From Eledone cirrhosa (lineage: Eukaryota): a stretch of 64,000 nucleotides of DNA. Shown here in pieces: positions 39,285-52,967 of this stretch. The notes beneath the pieces are model-generated. The model was not told the DNA's origin and searched no databases. It saw only the letters and a program-made list of their open reading frames with translations. The stretch is taken from NCBI GenBank assembly GCA_964016885.1, contig OZ024741.1, positions 363,196,001-363,260,000 of the forward strand, in the 5' to 3' direction. The position numbers and the translations under genes are program-made. Position 1 is the stretch's first letter, and every line of letters starts with the position of its first letter.

Positions 39285-39316
<32 letters not shown>

Positions 39317-39340
39317 ATGTATGTATATATATATATGTCA

Positions 39341-39944
39341 GGTCACCAGTTGGTGCTACTGGTAACATGTATCCAAGTACAACCTGTCTCATGGTCGGGT
39401 CGTTGGCGACTAAACTGCCAACCCCACCAAGGTTTCTTGGTGAGGAGGGTGACTTTGGACATCCTGCAGGACTAAAAACAAAACCTGTCAAAGGGCAAAG
39501 GAGCTCTTAAGAGTCAATGGCCATACAAAATCACCGGGAGAGATGACCCCTTAGCCTTTGTCAAGGCAGAATTCTAGGAGAAGGAAAACTCTAATATAAC
39601 ACCTGCAACCCTGATGGTATCCAATGATGTTGACTTGTTCTTCTTTTTGGTAAATATCATCTTAGTTAAGAGAGTGGGACTGGCTTTGTGCAGTGCCTTT
39701 GCTCACTATAAAAGCTTCACAGCACAAGCATTGCTTTATATCTGGATATCTCTCTGCACTTGTCGTCACATGGTACCATGGGCCCAGCACTATGTGTCAA
39801 TAATTGTCACAAGTGTAGTGTTTGTACCAGAGTTTTCAAGTCGCTGGCTGGACTAAAAAGTCACACTCGTTCAGCGCATCGGTAGGGGTTCTCCAACATG
39901 GATATAAAGTAGTGGCCGTACTCAAAAACGAGTTGGCAGCCACC
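39341..39944 (+). mobile_element. Longest copy (~600 bp) of the non-autonomous RTE-derived element
   Basis: Structured 5' part, CTAGGAGAAGGAAAACTCT motif, C2H2 remnant, 3' hairpin; (TA)n on both sides. Confidence 0.8.
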
Positions 39945-39984
39945 ATATATATATATATATACAAATAAATTTAAATAGATTTAA

Positions 39985-40790
39985 AAGGCCAAAAAGTAAA
40001 TTTGCATAGTTGAAAATTTTAATAATTAGGAAAGAAGACATGAGGGTTACCATCAGAAAGTGGCCTTGTTTGGAATGTCAGAAAGATGTGGGCAGTAATT
40101 CCATAAGGTGCACACAATGTATTTTATGGACGTACAATTGTAGTGGGATTGTAGGCAGGCTAACAGAAAAGATAGACTTTATATGTGGCAGATGCACAGG
40201 AGAAGTGAGCACAAAGAACACACATAAAATAGAATCCCTCAGCTGCCAGGTGGGCTCCCTAGAAGTTGTTGACAGCTTTCGCTACCTAGGCGATCAAATT
40301 AGTAGGGAAAATGTGCTGGAAGAAGTTTAGAGATCTATTATGGCTGTTAACAACAAAATGCTTTTCTCTTAGAATGAAGGGTTAGCTGTATGATGTCTGT
40401 GTGTGAACTACAATGTTACATGGTAGTGAAACATAGGCCTTAACTGCAGAATACACGCAGAAAAGATGAGTCGAGTATACGCTGATGGATGTGTAATGAG
40501 CAGTATAGAATAAGCAAATTGAGGGAAAAATTTGGCATAAGAGGAATTGGATATAGTGACCAAGACAGAAGACTGTGTTTGTATGGACATATGATGCATA
40601 TGGACATAGCAGCTGCATAAAGAAATGCAGAGAAACCCCAGTGACTGGGACTTGTGGAAGAGGCAGACCCAGGAAGACATGGAATGAGGTTGTGAAGACT
40701 GATCTTAAAAAAACTAAAGCATACAATGGAAATGACAAAGGACTGTGAGGGCTGGTGCTATGCTGTGTTGGTGGAGACCTGGCCAACACC
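39985..40790 (+). mobile_element. Old PHD-containing RTE fragment
   Basis: [46 protein letters not shown]. Confidence 0.82.
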
Positions 40791-42150
40791 ATTTTGGCCT
40801 GACTTATCCCAGTGTTCTCCCTCTACCTCTTCCACTCCTTAACAGCTGTTTCTCACCATCACTACATCACCCCAACCAGCACTCATTCCTGAGTTTCTGC
40901 CCCCTCCAAAGCTTCTAGACTCCCTCACTATTTGCACTCTAATAGCCACTCTCCTCACTCTTATGCACCCATGCTCCCTCATGTACTCATCCTGTAGTCC
41001 CCCCCCCCTCCTCCTTAGATACCCTCACTATCACACCCTAGTAGCTATTCTCTCCATCACTACGTTTCCAGTGCTGGTGAATGCTACCCCTACCACCTCA
41101 ATGTCCACATTTCTATGCCAAACAAAAAGAAGGGCCTGGAGGACCCTTCAGTCATGCCATGGTACAATAGACACACCCAGTAAGTAGAAAGCTTATCAAA
41201 CAAAGTGTTGAGATGACCTTTCAGTTGTGTCAAAAACATGACAACCTCTCTTGCACACTCAGTAGAATGTAAGCGGGATAACAGACCCCCCCCCCCCCCC
41301 CAAGCCTGTCTGGGAGGTCAGTACCTTTGCTTCAGTACTGACTTGGTCTACGTAGATCTGTCCAACCCTTGCTAGCAGAAAAAGTGGATACTAATAGTTC
41401 CTTTATTTCTCTCGGAAGAAGAGATATTAATCTCGAAATATCAGGACATGAAGAAATTAAGGTAAAAAAAGAATCCGTGTTTCTTACGATTTAATTATTT
41501 TCTGTCCAAACCCATATAGTCGTGGATTTCAAACTTCAAATTCTTTATACCACATACAATGCTTCAAGTAAACTACAAATTCCTTCATATATATATAATA
41601 TGTTTCTGTGAAAGAACATACTGGGTGAGGCCTTTTTAGATACATCCTGCCTGAAAAAGTATGGGTGTTATGGCTTTGGTCATATGCCTGTTTACAAAAT
41701 GTGGTTGCTCTAGAAGTAGCAGCAAAATTCTCTCAAATTATATCCTATTATATGAAAACATAGCAAGGATATTTGGGCTAATAGAAAAGTATGGCATAAT
41801 CATAGCGAGAATATTTTTGATAGTATGTCTGCACAATCAGAGCTGGCCTGGAACTTACCAATATGAAACAGCTAGAGTATAAGAAGAGGGGGAGCTAAAT
41901 AGAAAGAGAAGGGATGACATACTATTGAATAAGAGAGGGAGTGGGACTTCCTGTTCAGATTAACAAAAGAAATTCCCTTCAAGAAGAAAGAATAAGTTTT
42001 GGGAATCACATCACTGCTGTAGAGGAAGATCATTTGTTTAAAATGCGAAAAGTGTCATCTCTCTCTCTCTATATCTCTCTCTCTCTGTGTATATATAAAA
42101 TTTCAGACAAGTTGAAAAAACAACTACACATTTGGCAAAGTGAGGTTTAA

Positions 42151-42365
42151 CCCTTTAGAATATAAACCTGCAACCTGCTGTATCCGGCCAGAATTCTCTT
42201 ACCTCTTTCTGTTCAAACCAGCCGTAACTGGCCACTCATACGGATGTTAAGGTATTGTTCTCAAAATAAATACTTTCAAAATCTCATAGATTTGATATTA
42301 TGTGAGATAAAGTATTTACCAGGTAAATACAATAGTATATATAGAGTAATGTAAATGCTAAAGGG
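42151..42365. mobile_element. piggyBac-type MITE
   Basis: TTAA|CCCTTTAG...CTAAAGGG|TTAA. Confidence 0.75.
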
Positions 42366-42977
42366 TTAAGCTCAATGTGAGTTGATAATCAGTAGGTGTG
42401 AAGGGTGTAGTGATCTGGAGTTAATCCAATGTTTACGGTCCAGTCACTGCCTGGTTATATTATTCACAGAACATATATATATAAAGTTAAAAAACAACCA
42501 AAGCTGTTAATTGTACATTTAATTGACCAACATATGTTTTGCCAGGCTATATAAGAATAACAGATTAACAAAAGAAATCCCCTTCTGGAAGAAAGAATAA
42601 GTTTATATATATGTACTGTACGTTCTTATATTAACCTGGTGAAACAAATGTCGGTCAATTAAATGTGTATGTATATATATATATGTATATTATATATAAT
42701 AAAGAGGAAAATGCGAAGTTGAAGATGTTAGGGTCCTTTATTAATTGAGCCGTTATACATAATTCAATGAGGATCGATATCGTGATTTCTTCAGACAGCA
42801 AAAATTGATTAAAAGTAACATTTCCGAGGCAATTTTGGGTGGAAGGGAACGGAATAAAAAAAGTGTGTTTTTGCTTGGAGCGCCTGCTCCCTTTTCTCCC
42901 CTTTATTAATATACTCTGCCATCCTTGTTTTAGGAAGTAATATGACGTTGAATGCTAGAAGTGAATTGTATCCTTTC

Positions 42978-43070
42978 ACTTTGCCTTTCATCTTTACGGG
43001 GTCGATAAAATAAAGTACCAGTAATGCACTGGGTAATTGCTGGCCTTGTGCCAAAAGTAGAAACAATTAT
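42978..43070 (+). mobile_element. CORE-type SINE 3' fragment
   Basis: Near-identical to 5079-5170. Confidence 0.72.
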
Positions 43071-43271
43071 ATATATATGCATGTATATATATGGAACAAA
43101 AACAAAGAGCAATTATGCAAGGACGAAACACTGTCAGCAAATAAAGATTAATTGATGATGTAAGCGCTCTTTGTTTTTGTTCCATATAACGGCTCTGCTT
43201 TCAAGCACTGAGCTAATTAAATACTGTCATAAATTCGACAGGATATCTGTACCTTATACACACGGTCTGTC

Positions 43272-43688
43272 CAAAATCACCTGGAGAGATGACCCCTTAG
43301 CCTTTGTCAAGGCAGAATTCTAGGAGAAGGAAAACTCTGATATAACACCTGCAACCCTGATGGTATCCAATGATGTTGACTTGTTCTTCTTTTTGGTAAA
43401 TATCATCTTGGTTAAGAGAGTGGGACTGGCTTTGTGCAGTGCCTTTGCTCACTATAAAAGCTTCACAGCACAGGCATTGCTTTATATCTGGAGATCTCTC
43501 TGCACTTGTCGTCACATGGTACCATGGGCTCAGCACTATGTGTCAATAATTGTCACAAGTGTAGTGTTTGTACCAGAATTTTCAAGTCGCTGGCTGGACT
43601 AAAAAGTCACCCGTTCAGCGCATTGGTAGGGATTCTCCTACATGGATATAAAGTAGTGGCCGTACTCGAAAACGAGTTGGCAGCCACC
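43272..43688 (+). mobile_element. Non-autonomous RTE-derived element, 5'-truncated
   Basis: Near-identical to 21994-22404. Confidence 0.8.
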
Positions 43689-43699
43689 ATATATATATG

Positions 43700-43744
<45 letters not shown>

Positions 43745-43762
43745 ATATATATATATGTATAT

Positions 43763-43994
43763 ATCATCATCATCATCATCAACGTTTAACGTCCGTGTTC
43801 CACGCTTGCATGGGTTTGGACGGGGGTAGTCCCACTTGAGGCAAGAGTGGTTGTCTTGCTCGCATAGGACTGTCTGGCAGGTTTTCTACAGTTGGATGCC
43901 CTTCCTAACACCAACCACATTTACAGTGTGGGTCTGGGAGGTTTTTACCGTGTTGCCTACACGGCCACATTACAGCGTGGACTGTGTGTTTTTT
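43763..43994 (-). mobile_element. RTE family B 3' UTR fragment
   Basis: Near-identical to 19442-19670. Confidence 0.88.
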
Positions 43995-44221
43995 TATATG
44001 ATATATGTGTATATATCATCATCATCATCATCATCATCGCTGTTTTACATCAATTTTTCCATGCTAGCCTAGGTTAGACGGGTTGTCCTGTTGTGGGCAA
44101 TGCTAGGTCAGGTGATCCTGTCTTGCACATACATATATATACACAGAACTCTCTCTCTCTATATATATATATATATGTTTATATAAATTTAAGCAACTTC
44201 CATCTGTCCGTCCTTCTGTCA

Positions 44222-44385
44222 CACACTACAGAAGACAGGAAGGAAGAGGTGATGATGTCACGTATTAAGAGATGACTGAGGAAGGAAGGGTGATGACGTC
44301 CCACACTACAGATGGTTGAAGAAGGAAGGGTATGATGACGTTATTAGAGATGATTGCAGAAGGAAGGGGTGATGACGTCATATTG
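44222..44385. repeat. Degenerate minisatellite (~4 units of ~40 bp, GAAGGAAGGG-TGATGACGTC)
   Basis: Direct inspection. Confidence 0.6.
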
Positions 44386-44892
44386 GATACATTAGGTAAT
44401 GTAGTCTTAGATATATTATGTCTAGAATAATAAAGAGAGGAAGTGAAAAATTACTTCAAATTTATTTTTAGTAGATGCAGCCAGCCTTATGATGATCCAT
44501 ATCTCATGTGTCTCACTGCTTGAACACCGTTGCTCATGCCTGATGTAAGCTATCCAATGTATGACTGATTCATAAATAGTAAACTTCCATATCATTTTTA
44601 AACACCTACCCTCTTCACTATAGCATAATTTCCTCAACTGGAAACTATTATACCACAGCCACAAAAGTTTGACAATAGCAAAGTGACTTTATTTTCATCA
44701 TCAGTGACTTTATTTTCCTTATAGGCTTCACTTAACATTTTAGCCAGCTAAATCAGGGATCCTCAAAGTGAGTTCTGACAAACACCAGTGTTCCATGAAG
44801 AAATTCTGGGCTTCAAATTATGGTATCTTTTTAATATATTTTACAATGATTTTTTTTAATTTTATATATTAACAAAAAAAAAAAAAAAAATT

Positions 44893-46003
44893 AATTTGAG
44901 AAATTGTGAAAGTACTACCAAGAGGTGTCTTCTTGCTTTATAGACTTCAAAAAGGCATATGAACACGTTTCATGGGACCTGCTGTGGAAGGTTCTGCAGG
45001 ATTATGGGATCAATGGTCAGCTTCTTGTTGCCCTGATGTCTCTATACAAATGTCTATGTATTTGTGTTCAGATAAATGGTGCTAAATCGAAAACATGCAA
45101 TGTGGGAGTCGGATTCTGCCAAGGGTGCGTACTGTCATCTCTCCCGTTCATTATTTACATGAACAGGATTGACATGCACAGCTGGACTGGAAGTAATATC
45201 ATGACTGGCAAGCGTAAAATCAGTTGGCTGGAATTTACAGACAACGTGGTATTACTTAACTCGACAGAAGTTGATCTCCAATATGCACTTGATAAATTTG
45301 ATGCTGAGTGCTGCATGGCTGTAATGAAAATCAGTGTTGCGAAAGCTGAGACACTCTTCCACTCAAGGAAGCCTGCACAGTACACTCTACATGTGAATGG
45401 AGTTCCACTGAAGCAGGTGGAAAAGTTCAAATATCTCAAGGTTGTTTTCGCGAGTGATGAAAGGCAGGAGGCTGAATTAAATGGAAGAATTGCAGGAGCT
45501 GGTGCAGTAATGCGCCAGCTTCAGCATTCGTTAATCCGAGGAAGGAAGGTAGGTGTAAAAGCCAAACTCACTGTCTTACCTATGGTCATGAATCTTGGGT
45601 AATGATCAAAAGAATCTGATCGCAAATACAAGCGGTTGAAATGGGAATCCTCCAAAGGATTTTTGGAGTAATGTTACTCAATAGAGTGCGTAGCTCTGAG
45701 TCACTCCAGGTAGAGCTGCTACTTCTCCGAATTGAGAGATCACAGCACCAGTACTATGGGTTTGTGATTAGAATGTCTCAGGAAATAATTGCTGGGCAGA
45801 TTTTACGGGCAAAACCAACTGGCAAGAGACTCAAGTGTAGACCCCCAAGCAAGGTGATTAGATAACATCCATGAACTTGGCTGATCTTGCTTGGGGATCC
45901 AGCCTGATCTGTTGGAAATGATTGCTTCTGACATGACCTGCTGGAAGGAGTGTTTGAGGACTCTGCTCCCACAACCCTCTTAGGAATAAGTAGGTGAAGA
46001 AGA
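44893..46003 (+). mobile_element. Old RTE of a different lineage (no PHD insertion)
   Basis: CFIDFKKAY, QGCVLS, QVEKFKYL, LRIERSQ; the RT runs into VEKFKYL with no Cys cluster. Confidence 0.82.
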
Positions 46004-46848
46004 TATATTAATAAACTCCTGTTTCTAAAACATTTTTTGTTTCATTTAATACATCATCATTCTATATAAGAATCAGACACCAGATAAATATATTCTTATT
46101 TTCAAAATTATTTTAAAATAGGCAATGGAAACAAAAGGGTTAAAATATTGAGTTTCATCCATTTATATTTCTAAGTCTAAATTCAGGCAGTGACCAGTGT
46201 ATATAGTGTGACGGTGACCAATGTATGTAGCTTGGTGTGGTGGTATAGCATTTTTGCCCAGCTCGCTGATGATTCTGCCAATCCACCGCACTACTCAATA
46301 ATAATAGAATAAAACAATAACAGAGGACTGGAAATGAAGACTATATGATTAATTTATTACTGCAATAATCATTGAAACAGATCTTTGAGTTAGCAATGTA
46401 ATTTCATGACGCACTATTTAAGTAAAATAATGGTTTCTAATTTAGGCATAAAGCCAGCAGTTAGGAGGAGGGGGGAGTAAGTCCATTACTTTGTTGAATC
46501 AACCCCAGAAGGATGAATGGCAGAGTTGACCTCAGTGAGATTGAAACTCAGAACATAATAGAACCAAAGGAAGTGCCACAAAACATTTTGTCTAATGCTC
46601 TAACAATTGTCAATCTACCACCCTTTAAAGTGAAAAAATGACACAACATTGCTTAACAATTACAGGGAACCACTATGCAGTTGCTTGATCTGCTAGAAAT
46701 AACTGCTAAATCTCCCTCAAACCATACCTGATCATCACAGAAAAGGGAAGGACTCCTTATATAGTGTAGTCCTTCTCATCACTTTATATCTGCTTTTCCA
46801 TGCTTCCATGGATTGCACAGCATCTCATCAATTGTTGTCTCTTGTCAT

Positions 46849-47134
46849 GAAGGCACATGGCTTAGTGGTTAGAGCATTGGCCTTGCAATCGAAAGGTTGT
46901 GAGTTCAATTCTCAGACCGGGTGATGTGTTGTTTCCTTGAGCAAGACACTTTATTTCACATTGCTCCAGTTTACTCAGCTGTAGAAATGAGATGCTAGGG
47001 ACTGAGGTCCCTATTATTCCACTGCAAAGTGGTCGTGGAGGTGCCACGGCAAAAAAAGCACCCAGCACTCACTGTAAATGAGGTTGGTGTTAGGAAGAGC
47101 ATCCAGCTGTAGAAATCAAGCCAGAATCAGTTCC
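46849..47134 (+). mobile_element. tRNA-head SINE with an RTE-A-like 3' region
   Basis: A box TGGCTTAGTGG, B box GAGTTCAATTC; 47026-47124 matches the family A 3' UTR. Confidence 0.85.
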
Positions 47135-47250
47135 AAAAAAATGGAAGGATACATTGGACAATGTAGCACCTGATATATAAAAAATGGGATGATTATGGTT
47201 GGAATCTTTTTGATCATCATAGGTTTGCTCATTCAGGGCTGACCTGCTGC

Positions 47251-47675
<425 letters not shown>

Positions 47676-49978
47676 GTGACTTGGATCGCTTGGCACTTCT
47701 TCACCCAATTTACTATCCTTCATATACACCATATGCCTGTACCAGTGCACTCTTCCCTTTTTTATGGCTGATTCCTCTATTTTTTTGCCACAGTTCATTT
47801 GTCCCTGTCATTCAAGTATGCTAACATTAAAATGAATGGATGATCACATCTTTTATATAAGGTCTGTTAATTAGAGCTGACTTCATGTTTGTTGAACAAT
47901 TAACAAGCCAACTTATATAGTCGCCCATCCTCTAGAAACAGCAGTTAAATCTCGCTCAAATCACCATATTATCTTAAAAAGAGAAGGGAACATTTTTTTT
48001 TTTATCATAGGTCTGCTTTTGTACTGAAATTTGAATCTGGGATGTTTCACTTTAGATGTATAAAATTCAGAAAATAAGATGAAAGTGAATGGAAATGAAA
48101 ATAAAAGGTACCTGCTGTTTTTTTAATAGATTAACTGAAATATTTGTAAAGATTTTTTTTCCTTGAATGATTCATTTGTGAATTTTTTTGTTGGGTGGTA
48201 GATACCAACTGTCTCCCCCTCCTGTTTACAGTCATGTGCTGTCCACTAATAAATTTGCTCAAGGAGATATGAGTCCCAGAAAAGAATCTTGTCTAATGCT
48301 GCAATAAGGCTTGCACGTTTCATTTTCTGCAATTTTATATACCTTTGAATCTATTTAATTAAAAGTCTCATTTACTTTAGAAAAAGGAGGGTGAGTACAG
48401 ACGCTGCTTCTGCAGTTTCACTAGAGTAGAAGACATTTGCCCAAGGTGCTATGTGGAGCTAAAGCCGAAACCACATGGTTGTGAAGTGAACTCTTTAACT
48501 ACACACCTTTGTCAAATAAAATATGTAAATTTTCTGAAACCATACTTGTCTGTACTCCCCATCCAATTGATTTATACAACCCAACTATCATCAATGCCTC
48601 CTCATGAAGACCAATGATACGGAGCACTTTACTGTTGTAATGAGGTATTGCTGGTACCAATATAAAACACAGCCAGCCCACTCTCTATAATGGTAGTGCT
48701 GGTACCATGATGAAAAATATCCAGTCTGCCCCGTAAGGTTGTAGTCCCGGAGTCATGATAAAATGCTTTCAGAACATGCTGTAAAGTGGTTGTAGTTAGG
48801 AAGGGGATATAGCCGTAGATATCATGCTCTCAGTGCACACTGTAAAATGGTTGACGTTAGGAAGTGCATCCAGCTGTATAAACCAAATCAAAACAAAACG
48901 AATGCGGTCACCTGACTGGTCTAGTCTCAGCACATAACCTGTCTAACACAAGCAAGCATGGAAAATAAACGTTAAACAATGATGATACATATATAGACTT
49001 TTTATTCGTTTAAATGATTAATTCATACGGGATGAGACACTTGAATCAAATATATATATATATATATTTATAGAGACCTGCCTGTTCGAGAAAAAATTAA
49101 CGTGTAAGTGGCTGAGCATTCCACATACATGGTGCTACAGCATGGCCGCAGTCTATTGACTGAAATAAGTAAAAGAATCAAACAAATATTTCTCATTTGT
49201 ATTAAATGCATCTCCTCATTGTGTATCTTATTAATTGAAATAATATTAAATATATTATTGTGTGAATTCACTCCTGTTATATTCATCTATTTCAAACATG
49301 ATTTTTAAAGGTCATTTTTATTTGTTGTTTGAGGAAATATTCAGCTATTTTTTGCCTCGCGTGATTTTTTTCTTCTTTTCTTGCTGTTATTACTATTTTT
49401 TTAATTTATTTTATTGTCAAACGAAAGGAATTAAAAACATCCCTTAAATGATGTCAAGCAGCTATCTTTTAAAGCCATTATCCCCCTGACTAATTTTCTG
49501 TTTGACCAGCCCCATGACCTTTCTCCTCACCTCACCAGTATTCAGAGCTAGTTGTTGACTGATAGTTTCAAGGAACTATGGTGACCCTTGTTTTGATTTT
49601 CTGACCTCCCCTACCACTGTCTTGCTAGCTAAGTAGTTTAATTTTTCTTATTTGAAGAAAGACATGAGTAGCTACTACTATCAACATACTCTCCACCACT
49701 ACGTGTCTCACCCCTTACTCCTCAGTATGTGAGACTTAAAAACAGTGTCACTTGGTTTATTAAACTGGACGATGTATGTGTTAGTATAGGATATTTGATA
49801 GGGCCTTTAACATGCATGCATGCACACATACATAGTATGTGTGTGTGATAGGTGTGTCTGTCAGTAAGTGTGTTTCTGAGTAAATTCACAAGGTGTTTAT
49901 AGATATGTGTTTGCATGTATAAAATATACACCATGCATATAAATATAATATATTTGTGCGTAAGGCCTATGAAGAATA

Positions 49979-50649
49979 CTAGCCGAATTACCCGCACCTT
50001 GCTGCGTTTCAGACAATTTTTTTTTGTAAGAAAATGATAATTGATTTTAAATCAGTGATATAATTTATGGAGAAAAACTCTACATTTCAATATTACTCAA
50101 TGTAAAATGTAATGCATGAAAAATTGGAAAACATTATTTTTTGTAATATATCAAATCAAAATTACATTATTAAATCTTATTCTTATTTTGTTTCTTGTAA
50201 ATAATTTTTTTCGAAATATCAATTCAAAACTTGATCATTTCATTTTTGTGTAAAGCATTATTTTCAAATTAGAAATTCAAAGTTCCAATATTCAAGTTAT
50301 GGGCTTCCAAAATTTTCACTATAGGGGGTTTAACCCCCATTAGGGTGTCTTAATATTGAAATTTTGTGAATAGGCATCATATCTTGTCATTTACCTATGG
50401 TTTAAATTTCATATAAATCAAAAGGAAAACATTTTCAGCGGGGGTTTTGTACCCCTGGGGAGCCCTTTGATTAAAATGAAATATACTTATCCAAGTACCC
50501 TGGGCAATGTAGTTTCAGAATATATATGGTTATGGGGGCTATCTCCAAAACCATAGGAGGAGTTCGTGAACAAACAGACAGGAACTACTGCTCTTTCTAG
50601 TACACACACAGGTACTGTCTGTTCGTCCGTCATGCTATCTATATATAGA
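49979..50649 (-). mobile_element. Possible non-autonomous Helitron derivative
   Basis: Minus strand starts TCTATATATA and ends with GC hairpin CGCA..TGCG ~10 nt before CTAG|T. Confidence 0.45.
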
Positions 50650-51822
50650 GTGGGAAATACTACTCCACATCTCTATCACCCCCCCCCCCCCCCTCCTCCT
50701 CGCTATAACTAACTGAAACCTTTCTAGGTGTTTTTGTTTGTTGTCGACCCATCTGACATTCGACTCATTCTCCAACGACTCCTTTTACCGAAAATGGAGT
50801 CGGGGAGGGGGGAGGCTTGGGGTTACAGATAAACGCGTCTCAACCGTTTAAATTTATAGAAATGCGGGGCTGAGGGGGGAACCAATAAAGTATTTGTGCA
50901 AATACGCCAACAATGGTTCCGATGCTGCCATGTTTGCACTACAAAATTGATATATATCCGATGAGGTGTCCAACTTCCAACATGGCCGATATGTCAGAAA
51001 TAGAATGGTGGTTCAAGGAGTTAAACCTCGGATTTTCCCTGCCTCGGAGAATTCTTGTGGCAATTTTTTATTTTTATTTTTTCCCCAGTCGATATGATAT
51101 CTGACTCACATGTGAACGTCTCCTTTTCCTGAAAAATGGAGTCAGGGAGTTAGGGGCACCCTCAGATTTACAGATAAGCACCTCTCAGTTGATTAAATTT
51201 ATAGAAAAGCCCCCCCCCCCCCCCCCCCCATCGCTGGGGATCACAAAGAAATTTTTTTCTAGTTTTTTTTCATGTTTTCAACTAATCTGACCTCTGACAT
51301 ACTCGCAATCGATAAGAGCTCAGTAAGATCCAAAAATTGTTTGAAGGTGTTTATCAGTTTTTCAATTTACAAAATAGCAGCCAAAACATTTGGCTGTTAT
51401 TTCCAGCGTCACTATAACCCTGTCATATTGTCCTGATAAATTAAGTGGGATATGTTCATATAGTAATTCAATGCAACACGTCAGACAACATGGTATATAA
51501 TAACTCCAAATGGCTAACTGAATACATGTGCTATTTCTCAAAAAAAATTGTTTTCAATTCCTTACTCTTCTCACTCTATCCTTTTCTATTTCATATTTTA
51601 TTTCTCATTTTATCTTCTGATGAAGGACTAGTGTCTTTTCCTACTATATCAAGCATTAAACTAATATATTTCTTTGTTGTACTGTGTTGTTTGCTTTATT
51701 GTTTCTGATTGCTTTTTTGCATAAATATAAGAAGTGCACTAGCAGCCAAAATGTACAATAAGGTTATATCTGTATATATACAGAAATGGTAGCCGAGACT
51801 GCACCAATGTGTATATAAATCC

Positions 51823-52398
51823 ATCATCATCATCTTCTTCTGCTATCCTCATCATCCTTCTTCTTCACCCACATATTCCTGAGAAGGTTGTGGAGGCAGA
51901 GTCCCCAAACACTCCTGCTTGTGGGTCTTGTCAGAAGTAACCCTTTCTAACTGATCCGGCTGGATCCCGAAGCGAGACCAGGCAAGCTGATGGATGTTAT
52001 CCAACCAGTTTACTCTGGGTCTCCTGCCGGTTGGTTTTGCCTGTAAAACCTGTCCAGCGATCTTTTCGTGAAACATTCTAACCACATTCCCATAGTATCG
52101 TAGCTGTGATCTCTCAATTCGGAGAAGTAGTGACTCTACCTGGAGTGACTCTCTGATTTCCGAGCTACGCACTCTGAATAACGTTACTCCAAAGAACCTT
52201 TGGGGGAACCTCATTTCGGCTGCTTGTATTTGCGATCATATTCTTTTGGTTATTACCCAAGATTTATAACCATAGGTAAGGGTTGGCACAAATACCAAAT
52301 TGAAGACAGTGAGTTTGGCTTTTACACCTACCTCCCTTCTTCTGATTACTGAATACTGAAGCTGGCATATTACTGCACCAGCTCCTGCAATTCTTGCA
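51823..52398 (-). mobile_element. Old RTE 3' fragment, same family as 44893-46003
   Basis: RIAGAGAV, LTYGYKSW, LLRIERSQLRYYG, PTGRRPR. Confidence 0.82.
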
Positions 52399-52579
52399 CT
52401 ATGTAAACATGCTGGGAAATATGAATTTTCTTGTAAATTGAAAAAAAGATAAACACCTTCAATCAATTTTTCAACCTTATTGAGCCCTCATCAGAAGGCA
52501 TGGATATCATTCAAACAACCACAAGGAAACACGTATTTGATGCACTTATATACCAATTTTCTCTTATTATTATTCTGAA

Positions 52580-52745
52580 ATGGCGGTGGATTGGCAATAT
52601 TGGTAAAGCATCAGACACCATGCTTTGCAACATAAGGTTCTGGCCCTTTACGTTCTGAGTAAAAATCCCACTGAGGTTAACTTTGCCTTTCATCCTTACA
52701 GGGTCAATAAAATGAAGCACCAGTAATGCACTGATGTAATTGTGC
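52580..52745 (+). mobile_element. tRNA-head CORE-type SINE
   Basis: GGCGGTGGATTGGCA..TTACGTTCTGAGT..TTTGCCTTTCATCC. Confidence 0.7.
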
Positions 52746-52967
52746 TTATGTTGGTAATTGATTAAGATATATATTAAGAAGTATGCTAGCATCTGAAGTG
52801 TGTGATAAAGTTATATCTGTGTGTGTGTGTGTGTATGACCATATTAATAGGAGATCACTATAAGTTATTGATTTTCACAACTATAATTCATAGTGATTGA
52901 CTATTATGTGTACAGATATTAGAAAAATAGAGGTGTATATGAAAGCATATACAATATGTTTATGTAT

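Noticed and set aside
41615-41900. Possible minus-strand micro-exons with AG/GT signals
   Set aside because: Such motifs occur by chance at this scale; no supporting reading frame.
46851-46920. tRNA gene
   Set aside because: It has A and B boxes but no proper cloverleaf and continues into SINE body sequence.
48210-48306. Splice acceptor followed by HVLSTNKFAQGDMSPRKESCLMLQ*
   Set aside because: No homology or partner exons are recognisable; needs RNA-seq.
51610-51650. CTGATGA motif (also 37855-37870 minus, 52440-52500 minus, and a CGGAAGA variant at 41405-41456)
   Set aside because: GAAA, stem II or the cleavage triplet is missing or broken; at most decayed remnants.
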